The notes under the pieces are model-generated. The model was given only the letters and a program-made list of their open reading frames with translations, was not told the DNA's origin and searched no databases. A stretch of 64,000 nucleotides of DNA from Salpingoeca rosetta (Eukaryota > Protista > Choanoflagellata). This document shows, one piece after another, positions 29,542 through 47,422 of this stretch; position 1 is the stretch's first letter; the number at the start of each line of letters is the position of its first letter. The translations under genes and the position numbers were made by a program. Location: positions 76,290 through 140,289 of the forward strand of contig JAWQFM010000021.1 in assembly GCA_033442325.1 (NCBI GenBank). Reading direction: 5' to 3'.

Positions 29542-32500
29542 GTGCGACTGTTTATTGTGGTGTGTGTGTGTGTGTGTGTTGTGCATCTCAGCAGATCGCG
29601 CATGCTTGCTAACTGCCCACTCACGCCTACACACGCCTACCCGTGCATGCATGCACACACACACACGCACACACGCGCGTTCTATTTTGTCTCCAGCGTT
29701 GGAGAAACCAAGCTTCAGCTTGCTGTCGCTTCAAACAACCTCGACAAAGTCAAGAAACTGCTCGACCAGGGTGCAGGTATATGTGTGTCGTTGTCGTTGG
29801 TCACTTTGTGCGCTTGTACCTCTCTGTGCGCGTCTGTCCTTCATACCTTGTGCAGTATCCTCATCCTCTCCTCACACTTGGCATGCCGCCCCCGCCCCCC
29901 AACTGTTGCTGTTTGTATGTCAACCAACGCCTTAGATGTCAATATCCCTGATTATGCGGGCTGGGCACCAGTGCACGTGGCCGCGCATCCGGACATCATG
30001 AAGCTCCTGCTCAAGGTGCGCTCGTTCCCCTGCCGTGTACCGTCTTCTGTCAACCACACATCACACATGACGAGGCGACAACATAGCGTGTCCACACTGA
30101 GAAGGAAGCAGTGTATGATCAAAGTCACCCCCATAACGCACACAAAGAGAGTACACGCCTTTTTCACGCACGTGCGCTGATCAATCACCCCCCCCCCCTT
30201 GCTTCCACAATATGATTCATCTCTCTGTGTCTGTCTGTACCTCTCTGTCTACATTTGTCGATTGCATGTGTCTATGATATGTGGGCAGGCTGGTGCTGAC
30301 CCGAATGTGGTTATCGGCCAGTCTGGCAACACGGCGCTGCACGAAGCCGCCTTGCTCAGCAACGGGCCCGTCATCCGCCTCCTCCTCAAACACGGCGCAG
30401 ACCCAACCCTCCAAAACAGGTGCCGTGTCTTAACCCGTGTTCTGTGTGTATGTAAGTGTGTGGGGATGTTGGGGGGGTGGGATGGTTATATGTGTGTTCA
30501 CATACAGGTGTGTGTTGATCCCTCCCCCCTCCCCGTTTGTCGATCTCCATATGTGCCCGCTCCAACCCTGCTCCAAACGTCTGTCCTCCCGCCCCTGCCT
30601 TCATCTCTCCCTGTCGACATGCTGACCGTCCTTCTACACCAACCACCACCACTCCGGCTCCATCCCTTCACAACCCCCCCTCCTCCTCCTCCTGCTGCTA
30701 CTGCAGGTCTGGGCAGACGGCGTCGGAGCTTGCGCCCGATCTGCAGCTGCAGAATCTCCTGCGAAATGCAGAGTTTGAACCACCCAAGAAGCGAAAGCAG
30801 CGCGGCAAGGCAGCCGTGCTCGCGACAGACGGCAACGACAGCAGCAGAAACAGTGATGGTGATGATGGTGGTGATGATGGTGATGGTGATGGTGATGATG
30901 TTAATGATGAGGACGGCACAGCTGGAGCAGCAACGGCAGCTATTGTTGCACCGAAGAAAGCGAAAACAAAGGACAGCAGCAGCAGCAGCAGCAGGACAGG
31001 CACGGTCAAAGCGCAGCCGAAGAGCACGGGCAAGAAGACGAAGAAGAAGAAGAAGAAGACAGTGGCGGTGGCGGCGGGGAGCAAGGCGACGGGCAAGCGA
31101 ACTGTGCGTCGCTCATCCTCTGCAGTTAGCAGCAGCAGTGATGATGACGACGACGACATCACCGTCGTGGTGAGTTGGGTGGTGTGTGTGTGTGTGTGGC
31201 TGCCAGCTTGTGGTGATATGTGGCTGTGCAGTGGTCTTGAGCGGGGGGGGGGGGGTTCACTCATGCACATGCTCTCATGCACATGCTCGCATGCACATAC
31301 GCATTTCACTTGCGTGTGTGCCCCTGCTTCATGCCACGTGCCATGACGCGCTGCGTTGACAGGTACAGCGGCCAACGACGTTGAAACCGGCGCTGCGGAC
31401 GGGTGCGGGGTCACCAAAAGCAACAGCAACAGCAACAACGGCAACGACAACAACAACATCAGCAGCAGCAGCAGCAAGATCGGGGAAGAGGTCATCCACG
31501 GCTGCACCACATTCTGCGTCGACAGGGGCATCGCGGCCAACAGTGACGGTTGTTGCTCCGAAGCAGACCGCGTCCAACCAAGGTATGGTGCGATGCCGGT
31601 GCGGCGATGATTTGAACACATTCACCCAAGGACTGCCATGATACGCCCTCACCTCTTCACTGACGCAGCGCGCGTCACAAACAACAACAAACAAACAACA
31701 ACAAGAACAGCTTGAACAGCAACGAAGACCGTTCACCTCATGCACGCCCGCTTTCTTCTCGCTTGTCTGGGATGTGTGCAGGGCCTGTGCGGATTGAAGT
31801 TGAGCCCGATGCTGCGAGTGTGATGAGCGGGACGTATGCCATCTTCTACTGCAAGGCTGCTGGGGAGCCGCCGCTGCGGTACCAGTGGACACAGGGCGGC
31901 CGGCCTCTCAAGGACGCGCACGACGCCCCCTGGGACGCAATATCAGGCGCAGACACAGAGACACTCATTATCCGCAGGCCACGGTCCGTGCACCCGTTCG
32001 TTTGTGAGCTTGTGTTTGTGCTTGTCTGTGTGTCCGTGTCCGTGTCTGTGTCTGTGTCTGTGTCTGTTTGTCTGTCTGCGTCTGTTTGTCTGTCTGCCTG
32101 TCTCTGTGTTTGTGTGTGTGTGTGTGTGCGTCGTTTGAGAAGCAGGAGCACAGGCACAAAGCACGAAGGAGAGGAGAACATGTTGTAGACATGTGTGTCA
32201 TGGGCTTGAGATGGTGCTGCGCTCTCTTCTCACTGGTGGTTTTCTTGGCGACTGGCATCACTGAACAGGAGTGACTCGTGGAAGAAGAAGGAGCCCGGCA
32301 CGCTGTCGTGTGAGCCCATTTCATGCACTGTGTCCAACGCCCACCGAACAACAACGTCAACCGCTGCCGCCTTTGTCGTCGACGGTGCGTTGCTTCAAGC
32401 AGTCACACCTGCCGCAGCGGTCGCCAACACCCGTTACCGCCCTCTCCACTCATACTTCTTGCATGCATCCCCACGAAGACTAACATCGTCATGAATTTAC

Positions 32501-33007
32501 GAGCACGCACACATACGCTGCCGTTTATCATGTACACACACACTCTCACACCTACACACACTCACACGCCTACCCTCACACACCTACACTCACTCACACT
32601 CACACACACTCACACACACTCACACTCACACACACACACACAATCACTCACACACACACAATCACACACTCACACTCACACACACACAATCACACATACA
32701 ACCCGCCCGCCCCCTCTCCCCCCCCCTCCTGCCCTCGTGACCGTAGAATCGCTGTTTGAGCGGAAAATGCACCTGCAGCGGCAGTACGAATCCCTGCGCG
32801 TGATTGCTGAGCGCCTCAACCTCCCGCCACCACACCCACTCGCCCTGCCAGAGGTCAAGCCCTCCTCAGCGCGCCCAACACACCCCGGTACGCGTGCATG
32901 GTCGTGTTTGCAGGTGGGATGAGGAAATTGTATTTGTTCAGTGTACGGAGCCTTTTCTGTTTGGTGTTGTGTGACTTGACGTCTCGTGTCTCATGTGCTG
33001 TTGCTTT

Positions 33008-33058
<51 letters not shown>

Positions 33059-33954
33059 CCACACACACACCCCTTCCGTCACGCCATGCATGTGACCACT
33101 GACACGTGTGTGGCTTCGGGTCAGATTGGCGGCCGTACGCGGAGGCGGAGGAGCAGCTGCGGCAGTGGCAGCGCACACACAGCGCCGTCCTGCAGTTGCT
33201 GAAGAACAACGCAGGCAAAAACATCTCCCCAGCCGCAATTGCAGCATCAGCCACCAAACAACAGCAGCAGCAGCAGCAGTCGGCACCGAAAGTGCACGTT
33301 GTCCGTTCGGTTGCATCGCCTCCGAGGCCAACCACCGCAACCGGCACCGCCATTGGTGCTGCTGTTGCTACGTCCACCGCCACACGTCAAAGCGACATGA
33401 GCAGCAGCAGCAGTAGCAGGAGTAGACCAGGACACGCGGCGCCGGGCAGCGCGTGGGGCCAACCTGCGCCGTCACAGCCGCCAGCAGCCACAGGCTGGGG
33501 CCAGCCAGCGCCCCAACAACCACAAGCCCATTCAGCATGGGGCCAACCTCCGCCACCGCCACAGCACCAGCACCAGCACCAGCAGCATGCATGGCGGGCG
33601 ATGCCAACAGCAGCACCGCCGCTGCCGCCGCAGCCAGCCACCAATGCGTGGGGTGTGGCCCAGCCGTATATGCAGCGCACAGCACTTCTGCAGCACAACC
33701 CCTACCACGGGCAGCAGGTTCCGCCGCCGCCGCCACCGTTACCGCAGGGTGTGCACCGTGGTCCCCCCGCGCAACACAACGCTTTCCAAACATTCCAACA
33801 ACACCAACAGCAGTTGCAAGTATCGCCTCCTCCTCCTCCTCCTCCTCCACCGCCACCGCCACCACGTCCATCGTCGTCATCATCGGGAGGAGGATCGTGG
33901 GGATCCAACCAGAAGCGCACTGGCCACGCTGCACAGGACACCATCTTCATCTAA
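28495..33954 (+). CDS. Ankyrin-repeat protein with one Ig-like domain and a Pro/Gln/Trp-rich C-terminus (multi-exon)
   Basis: Starts MAGRNSK|GT at 28495. Ankyrin exons: [70 protein letters not shown] basic NLS-like tract reads [17 protein letters not shown]. The Ig exons at 31781-31983 and 32269-32383 read [37 protein letters not shown]. The last exon ends in TAA at 33954. Confidence 0.72.
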
Positions 33955-34009
33955 CTGCGCTCTGTGTGTGTGTGTGTGTGTGCGTGTGTGAATGTGTGTG
34001 TGTGTGTCT

Positions 34010-34064
<55 letters not shown>

Positions 34065-34187
34065 TGTGTGTGTGTGTGTGTCTGTGTGTGTGTGTGTCTG
34101 GCTGTCCTTGCTGTTCGTCAGCACTTTTTCGTGAGGAATGTCAGCAGTTTTCATGCGCACAATACACAAGAACAACAAACAACGACG

Positions 34188-39003
<4,816 letters not shown>

Positions 39004-39113
39004 TGCTCTTTGAGGCCTTGCTTTGGTGTTTGGTGTTTACCTCGAACACGTGTGCGTTTAATGCGTGTGTTTGTGTTTGTGTTTGTATTTGTGTTTGTGT
39101 GTGTGTGTGTATT

Positions 39114-39151
<38 letters not shown>

Positions 39152-39389
39152 CGTGCGTGCGCGCGTTCAAGCGTTCACCGTGTTGTTTGTCGTTTGTGGA
39201 TCGAGCAGCGTCTACTAGAGACGCACGCGTTGCTTTTCCCCGCAACAATTCCTTCATCCCTCTTCTTCTTCCTCATCAGGAGTTGTGGCGTTTGTTAAAA
39301 GACGTGATTCATCGCCAAATACACAAGCCAAGCACGTGTAACCTCGGGCACATCACACGCATGTTCACGCACACATTCGCAGCCATGCA

Positions 39390-39557
39390 TCATGCTTCTG
39401 CCTCTGGGTTGTAGTGTTTGGCCCACAGCGCTCTCCCTACGCGTTCACAAGTCCAACCATTTCCTGTGAACGACAGGCAAACATGCACATCACGTGTGAG
39501 TGTGACAACGGATGAGAACAGCATGCAGCCACATCGTTTTTGCATGAACACAGGTGC

Positions 39558-39619
<62 letters not shown>

Positions 39620-40348
39620 CGTGCGTGTGTGTGTGTGTGCGTGTGTGTGTGTCGTGCGCACCAAGTTCTTTGGCCTTGGCTTGGATGTGCTTCACAAAGT
39701 GCAAGTAGTTCCGCAGCTTGTACTGTCATTGGTTAGGGAGGAGAGTGGGATGGCGTCATGTTAGGTCGCGGACAACAGGAGCAATGACACAAGAAGACAC
39801 ACTTGCACACAGTCGCAAACACGCACGCACACCACACACACACACACACAATACACACTGACAAACACACACTGACAAACACACACACACACACACAGGT
39901 ACGCACAAGCGCGCATGCACGCTTACGTCGATGGGCTGACAGGACGGAATGGCGAGCATGGCCTCATCACTCATGAACGGCGCTCGGGGATCCAACGGTG
40001 CAAGCACGGCAGATGCCGTTGCCGGGCCAACCTAGTTGCGATCATGTTCGATTGAAAAAGACGCCAGTTAGAGGTCGCTCTCACCTCCAGCATCCCTCAA
40101 CCGACAACACCAAACACAACCACACGTACCCCTTTCAACTTTGTCAGGTGGTTGATTGCCTTCTCAACATTGGGCATGGCAGCAAGCGCTGCTGTGGAGC
40201 AATCTCTGCAACGACAATGTCAACCGACACACACATGTGAGTGGATGGGTGAGGCTGCAAACAAATGAGGCTGTGACATGTGTTTCGCACGCCTCCACTG
40301 ACAAAGAAAGAGTGAAAGAGAGAGAGTGAGTGAGTGAGAGAGACAGAC

Positions 40349-40426
<78 letters not shown>

Positions 40427-41052
40427 GCACACACAAATACACACACACAAATACACACACACACACACAAATACACACACACACAAATACACACGCACGT
40501 ACACGTACACACCCGCACATACACATACATGACGAGCTGCTCGTCGTTCTGTTTGACAAGTCGCATCAAGGGCCTGAACTTGCCACGCGTGATCTTCCAT
40601 TCCATGATCTTTTCCAACTCAGGCTTTGTCACGTGCGGCTTGTCCCGCTTCATGGCAGCAGGGCGGAGATCCGTCCACATCCACGCGTCCAGCTCCAGCA
40701 AGCGATGGTGTTTCTTCTTCTTCTTTGTTGCCACTGCGTTGATGGCTGCCTCATAGCCGTCCTCAGCCGCCCGCCATGCCTTCACGTCCGCTGTCTTCCA
40801 CAGCTGCTTTGCTGTCCGCACGACACCAGCATCGCCGTCCTTCACAACCTGCGCCTGCTCCACATGGGTCCTGTCATCACCGCCATCAGCATCAGCAGTC
40901 GCAGCATCAGCAGCAGCGCTCGCCTCCCTCTTCGCCCGCTTCGGCCTCAGCCCTTCTCTTCTTCCCATCGTGTTGTCGTTCACACTCGTTTTGGCGCGTT
41001 TGGGAGGACTTTCAAGGAGCGTCAAGCAGAATGCACCAAACGTGTTGCCCAT
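39390..41052 (-). CDS. Amun-like protein with a helix-hairpin-helix DNA glycosylase-type fold (start uncertain: 40968, 41052 or 41061)
   Basis: LLELDAW..HVTKPELEKIMEWKITRGKFRPLMRLVKQN, then spliced exons give LTKLKG|VGPATASAVL..APFMSDEA and WTCERVGRALW. This matches the Amun/HhH family pattern as I recall it. Confidence 0.75.
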
Positions 41053-41227
41053 CCTCCACATGGCTTCCACTCCTCTCTGCTCACTGATTCATCATTCATT
41101 CGTTCAATAACAGGGCCTACAGCGTCTCCCTCAACCGGCAAGGGAAGAGCAGGAGCAGGATCAAGTAATGGCAACAAGCAATGTAACACAAAAGGAAACT
41201 AAGGCACAAGCAAGCAAGCACGTCACG

Positions 41228-44200
41228 TCACACGCGGCCAGCACCAGGTGGCTTCGGTTTCGGCTTTGGCTTCGGCTTCGGCTTTGGCCTTGCTCCTGGT
41301 CGGGACGATGCCTGCTGGTGCCGCTGCCGCTCCTGTTGCTGGTGGTGCTGGTGCTGTTGTTGTTGTTGTGGATGGGTGGTTGCGGCCATGGCTGGCTTTG
41401 TTGGCTTTGTTGGCTTGGGCGGGCGTGCCTTTGGTTGGGAGGCGCCAGCTGTCGGTGCGCTGGGCCGCGACGACGGCCTTGCTGGTGCGTCACGCTGGGC
41501 GGCGTGTGTAGCGGGTGAAGTTGTTGCCACCGCCGCTGCAGGCCTCGCTGGCTTGCTTGGCTTGCCTTGTATCGGCCTCTCACCCCGACTTGGCCGACGT
41601 GCGGGCCGTGATGGCTTCGATGGGCGCGGGGCATCGCGATCGCCACCGCTCTTGAACACGAGCTTGCCGTGCTTCGGTGGTGGAGCAGCTGGGCGCCCGC
41701 CAGCGGCAGCACCGCCGGATTTGGCGGGTGAGATGCGACGCACATAGTTGCCGGGCACCAGCCCTCGCTCAGCACCGCGGCGGCAGTGCAGCCAGCCACC
41801 CTCCTCGCCCTCAACCGTCAGGATTGTGCCGCGCGCGACCGTCAGCTCCTCGCTGTTGGTCGCTGTCCAATCGTACATGCACGAGACCTGATATGCCTGT
41901 CCGGCCTGCGTGGTGTGTTCGACAGTGGTAGCAGACGCAGCATCGCCTCCCTCCACGTTGTCGTACGAGTGCACGTCATCGTCGTCGTCGTCGTCCACAA
42001 CCGACTCTGCAGTCGTCACCTCAGCCAGGCGAACAGAGGGGCGCCGCGTGCGTCCGCCCCCATCTGCCAGGGGAGTGACATACGTGGCCGGGATGTAGCC
42101 AGCGCGCCCATCGCTGCACGTCGCATACCACCAATCCGCGTTGCTCTTGTCCGTGACCACAACCACGTCGCCGTCCCGCAGTGACATGGCGCCTTCGTGC
42201 TCGGCCATGTATGCGGCCGTGGCACGGTACCTCTCGCCACCCGACGTCTCCTCGCCACCGCCGCCCGCCCTTGCTGCTGACGACGGCACCATAGCAGCCT
42301 GGGCCTGGGCCTGGGCCTGGCGACGGGGCGATCGTGGGGCCGCCACAGGTGTCGGTTTCGCCGGCCCGCGCGCTGACAATGTTGGTGCTGTTCGTGCTGC
42401 TGCTGTTGTTGGTGCTGCTGTTGTTGTTCTTGTTGTTGGTGCTGGTGCCGGGCGCACAGGGGCTGGGCGAGCAGGTGCGTGCTTGGCGGCACCCGTGTGC
42501 TTGGACGTGTTGACGGCGTCGCTGCTGCCCATCGCTGACACGAGCGGGTTTGGTCGTGGTGCCGGTGCAGGCCCATGTGCATTGGCGGTAGTGGTGGCCG
42601 CAGAGTATGCGCCGCCGGTGAACGCGCTGTTGTCGTACGTGGTCATTGTTTGGATGGTGGCCGGGGTGTGCACGCCACGTGCAGCTGGACGTGACGGCGC
42701 ACGCTTCTGCCCGCCTTGGTTCATGCTCTTCCACCCTTTGCTTGCACCGCCAGCACTACTGCTGCCGCTGCTGCTACGGTTGCTGTCACGCCTGCGGTAC
42801 AAGATGATGGCCACGAGAATGGCGAACACGAGCACGCCTGCAACAACACCGCCGATAATGGCGCCCGTGGATGCTCCGCTGCCGTTGGAGGAGGTGGACC
42901 CGCTCGTCACCACACCAACGACGCTCACGTCTGCTGCCAGCTGGCTCGACAGTGCAGCCGCAGCCTCTGTCACCGCCGTCGCCAGCTTGCTGTCCTTCAC
43001 GGATGATGATGCAACCACAGCCCGGTACGCGCGCGTGTCTGATGCGACCTCTCGCCTCCTTCGGGCAGAAGAACTGCTGCCACTGCCGCTCGCTGCCTGG
43101 CTGGTGTCAGCGGCGGCACGCGCAAACGACGCGATGAAGATGGACGGGTCCACGACAGTGCGCATGGCGGTGAGCACGGTCGACTGGAAGGAGGCGTCCG
43201 AGGCCGCGGCAACGCCAGCGATGCCGGCCCGCGTGGTGTTGAGTCTGATGTCAACCTCGACGCCGCAGCACTCCTCCGTGACTGAGAGGGCGCCACACCG
43301 GCTGCCGTTGCCCATGCGCTCATGCATGATGGACCGCTGGCGCGTGCGGGTGCACTGGCTGCACTTGCTCCAGTCGGACCACCCCGATTCCAGGCAGTCA
43401 CGCCGCGTTACGGAGCACACGCCAAACCAGCACTGCGTCACCGTGCCGGCAGCAACATCTGTTTCGTCGCTGGTGCACGTGGTGCCGTCCGCGACAGGCA
43501 GCAGCTGACACGTGCCATCGCCGTTGCACTCGCCAACACGAACCGTCCCCGTATCATTGTTGCTCGCTGACGATGCTGATGATGATGATGATGATGATGA
43601 GGATGACGACGACGACGACGCAGGAACCAGGCATGCGTCAGCGGTTGCGCAGCCCACGGCAGGGTCGCACGGGACGGGGCACGATGCCTGCAGGCACGGC
43701 TGCGTGCGCGTGTCGGAGAGCCCAAGCTGCGCGCACGACCTGCCGCCGAATCGCTCCTCAACACACGTGCGCGTGGACGTGGTGATGCCCTCGCCGCATG
43801 TGGTGGAGCAATCTGACCACGACGACCACTGGCCACACATGCAGTCCTCGGGGCATGGCGTGACATCCTCGCACGAGCGCGTCTGGATTGGAGCGAGGTT
43901 GAGGTCCTGGCACGTGGCACCGCCGTGCTGCGCGTCCGTGCATGTGCGCGAGCGCGTCTCAATGCCGCCTTCACCGCACGACACGCTGCAGTCTGACCAG
44001 CCAGACCAGTTGTTGCACTCGCAGTCCACAGGACACGGGTCCTCATTACACGTCCTCGTCTCTGCGTCGTCCAACCCAAGCTCTGCACACGTCGCGCCGC
44101 CAGCCTGCTGCGGCTCCGAGCACACGCGCGTGCGGGTCTGCTGGCCGCCGTTGCACGAGGCAGAGCACGCTGACCAGGACGACCACGACGTGCATGTGCA

Positions 44201-44481
44201 GTCCGTCGGACACGCGTCTGCATTGCACGCCTCCACGTCTGCTGCTGGCTCGTCACCCACGCACAATTGGTCGCCCTGCGTCCCGTCTGTGCAGCGGCAC
44301 GACCATCCACGCTCGCGCGTACCGCCGCCACAGGGAGCCGAGCATGCGGTGAAGGCTGCATCCTGCTGCCATTCGCAGTACACGGCGTCGCTGTTGCCGC
44401 TGGAACCGCCGCAGCCGCCCGGCCCACACGCATCACACGCGCCCTGCTCCGTGCACTGAAGTTTGGAGATGGCAGGTGGAG

Positions 44482-44554
<73 letters not shown>

Positions 44555-47422
44555 TTTGTGCTCTTTGTGTGAGAGAGTTTGGGGTGGTAACGTAACCTGA
44601 GGTGTGGTGACTACACAAACCCAAGCAAATATGCAACACCATCACGTCCTGCAACAACTTCACACACACACACACACACGGACGCGTACGCATTCACATC
44701 AAAACACCTTCCCGCATATCTCCGTTTCTACTCCCGCACTCACCATGCCCTGTTCGTCTGCGGGCGTGATGCATGGAGTGGTTGCTGGTGCGCGCTCGCA
44801 GGGTGCGTCCGCATCCCACACCAGCGTTGACGATGTGCCGCACTGGCCAGAGTACGGGTAGCAGCCGTTGTCGTTGGCACACGCGCGCACGCATGGGTAG
44901 TTGCGCAGGGAGCACCCAGCGAGGCCTAACGCCATGCGGCAAAACGCCTCGTGGATGTGCGAGCACGTGCCCTGAAAGCAGACGGCGCGGGTTGTGTCGG
45001 CGCCATCAACAAGGTCGCACGAGGTGCCATCCGGGAGCGGCTCACCACGCGGGCACTCGGCAGTCTCACCATCGCACCGCTGCTCGTCAAGACACGGGGT
45101 GGTCGGGTCAGCGCCCCTGCACAGGGTGCCCTTGGGGCGAAGCGTACCATCCGCATTGCAGCACGCGCCGCCAAACCGGCACGGGTCTGGCTGGAGGAAG
45201 CAGCTGCCCTTGGCGGCCACAACCGCCGTGATGTCTTCCTTGGAGCAGGGCGAGAAGAGATATGCGTTGTCTGCCTGCAGGTCGTTGGTGATCTCCGGGA
45301 ACATGACATAGGGGCCCCCCTGCGCGTCAGACGGGTAGCAGCGGTGCGACCCAGGCGTGGAGGAGCAGGAAGGGATGCGCCCACCACCACACAGGACGGT
45401 GCTGCAACAGTCGTGGACTGCCCCCGCGTTGTGGCCAATCTCGTGCGCAGTGACCAGCACCGTCTGCATGAGCGGGACGGCGCCGGCGGAACGCGTGGTC
45501 GAGAACCCCGTGTTGACGACATACGGCCTGCAGCAGTTAGTGGATGGGGGATGGATGGAGAGATTGGACCGGTTGGAGTTGGATGCAGTGTGGTGAGCAG
45601 AAACATGCAGTGGAGGGGGTGTGGGATGGTGTGTCACACTCCACATCAGAAAATGACTAGCGGGTCATTGTCTGCGCACACACTCATGCACATGCACATG
45701 CACATGCACATGCACATGCACACACATGCACATGCACACGAACATACACACACGTATACACACATCCCCACATACATTCACACACATCCCCACATACATT
45801 CACATACATTCAAACACACACACGCTCGCGCGCGGGGAAACTCACTTTCCGCTGTTGGTGAAGATGGTGTATGAGCAGATACCGCCGGCCGTGCGTTCGT
45901 CTGTGGAGCCGCGACTGGCAACACCAAGCGTGCCGCCCGCATCCGTGTGCGTGAAGAAGTGGTTCAGGCACACCTGTTGCGACGTCGGCTCGCCAGCGCC
46001 ACGGACGCGCTTCGTGGCCCCTGCTGCAGCCCCCTCTGCCAACCACTCCTGGTATGACCTCAGGATGGTGTTTGGGTCTTCGGCGGCGCTGTCCCCCTGC
46101 GGCAAACCAACCGCCCCGCCCGTGTAGAAGATGCCTCGGATTTGGAACGAGATGGGGCTGCCACCAAAGTTGCGGTTGTCGTCGTACACGCCATCAACGA
46201 GGTGCAGAATGTCGACAATTCGCGCCTCCGTCTGTGCAAACTGTCGGGCGGTGCACAGGTCGGTGTCCTCGTCGGGCCAGCAGTCGCCGCCCCACGCCCG
46301 CAGGAAGTTCACGTCGTAGTCCACGTATACGCTGCAGATGGTGTGGTCTGGTGACGGTGGGCCCTCGCGGCGCTGCCGTGCGCGTTCGCCGCCGTTGCCT
46401 TCGTCGCTCGGTGGAGTGCCGGGGCCGGTGCTGATATTGGTCTGTGCAATGTCTGCCGTGTGGGGGTGTGCCAGGGACATGGGCTGAAACGCGATGTCAT
46501 GCACGTGCGTAACACACGCGAGCACACCCCTGTCTCCGTTTGCTGCGGGTGTTGCTGGGCGGATGGGCGGTTCAATGGAGTATCGGTCTGCACCGACGCG
46601 AGCCCAGCCCGTGACGCGGCCCGCCTCCCACGACAGCGACACACGCGCATGTGAGTCTTCGGGGTCGCTTGCTGCAAGTGCGTTTAAGTGGTGATTGTGT
46701 GTGTGTGTGTAAGCGAGTGAGTAAGCGAGTGATTGTGTGTGTGTGTGTGCGTGTGTTTGGGGCTTGGCTTGTACGTGCACGTGAGTTTTCGTCTTGTGAC
46801 GGAGGATAGCGTGCACACAAATTACATTGGATGGCATATTCACGGGTCCAATGAGCTCATTAATGGCAAGCAACGAAGCACACACACACACACACCACAC
46901 ACACACACACACACATGCACACACACACACACACCTTCAAAGCCGCTGAGCCAAACAATGTCTGGGTGCAGCGTGGCGCGCGTGTTTGCTTCGCGGTGCA
47001 GGATGTGGTTGTGGTCGCGCAACACCAGGGTCAAGATTGCCCTGTGGCATTGGGGGGGGGAACGATACGTGTGAGGTTGAGACGGTGCATATGCGAGGCG
47101 TACGCACCAAGGTGCAGGACTAGCATGCGCGATTCTGGGCAGCAGCCACAATGAGGCGTGATCCGCTCAGGGCAGGGCAGACACAGGAGCCCTCTCCACC
47201 GTACGTGTTGCTGTCGATGTCCATCAAGGTCACGGTCAGGGGCCCCGATCGCTGGGTGCTGTTCGAGTACGCGCCACCACGAGGGCGATCTTCGTACACA
47301 AGGCGTGTAAGGAGGGCACCGTCGTGCTCACAGGATGACGGCGGCAAGATGGCAGCATGCGTCACACACAGGGCGCAGGCGAGAACGACCAACGCCGCTG
47401 CAGCGCGCAACGTCGTGGCCAT
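41228..47422 (-). CDS. ADAM10/17-like metalloprotease-disintegrin with TSP1 repeats, TM helix and two cytoplasmic SH3 domains (~1,720 aa)
   Basis: Five phase-consistent exons: 47422-47205, 47041-46935, 46671-45846, 45527-44744, 44455-41228. Order: signal peptide, prodomain, furin site RARQRR, HEIGHNAGAVHD with Met-turn YVMFP, disintegrin/Cys-rich region, five TSP1 repeats (WSSWSACSASC..TRTRVC), TM AIIGGVVAGVLVFAILVAIILY, and two SH3 domains (DWWY..GYIPATYV; GGWL..GLVPGNYV). Confidence 0.9.

Noticed and set aside
42141-44459. Plus-strand ORFs of 455 and 315 aa
   Set aside because: Antisense to the ADAM TSP1/TM exon, which has clear domains.
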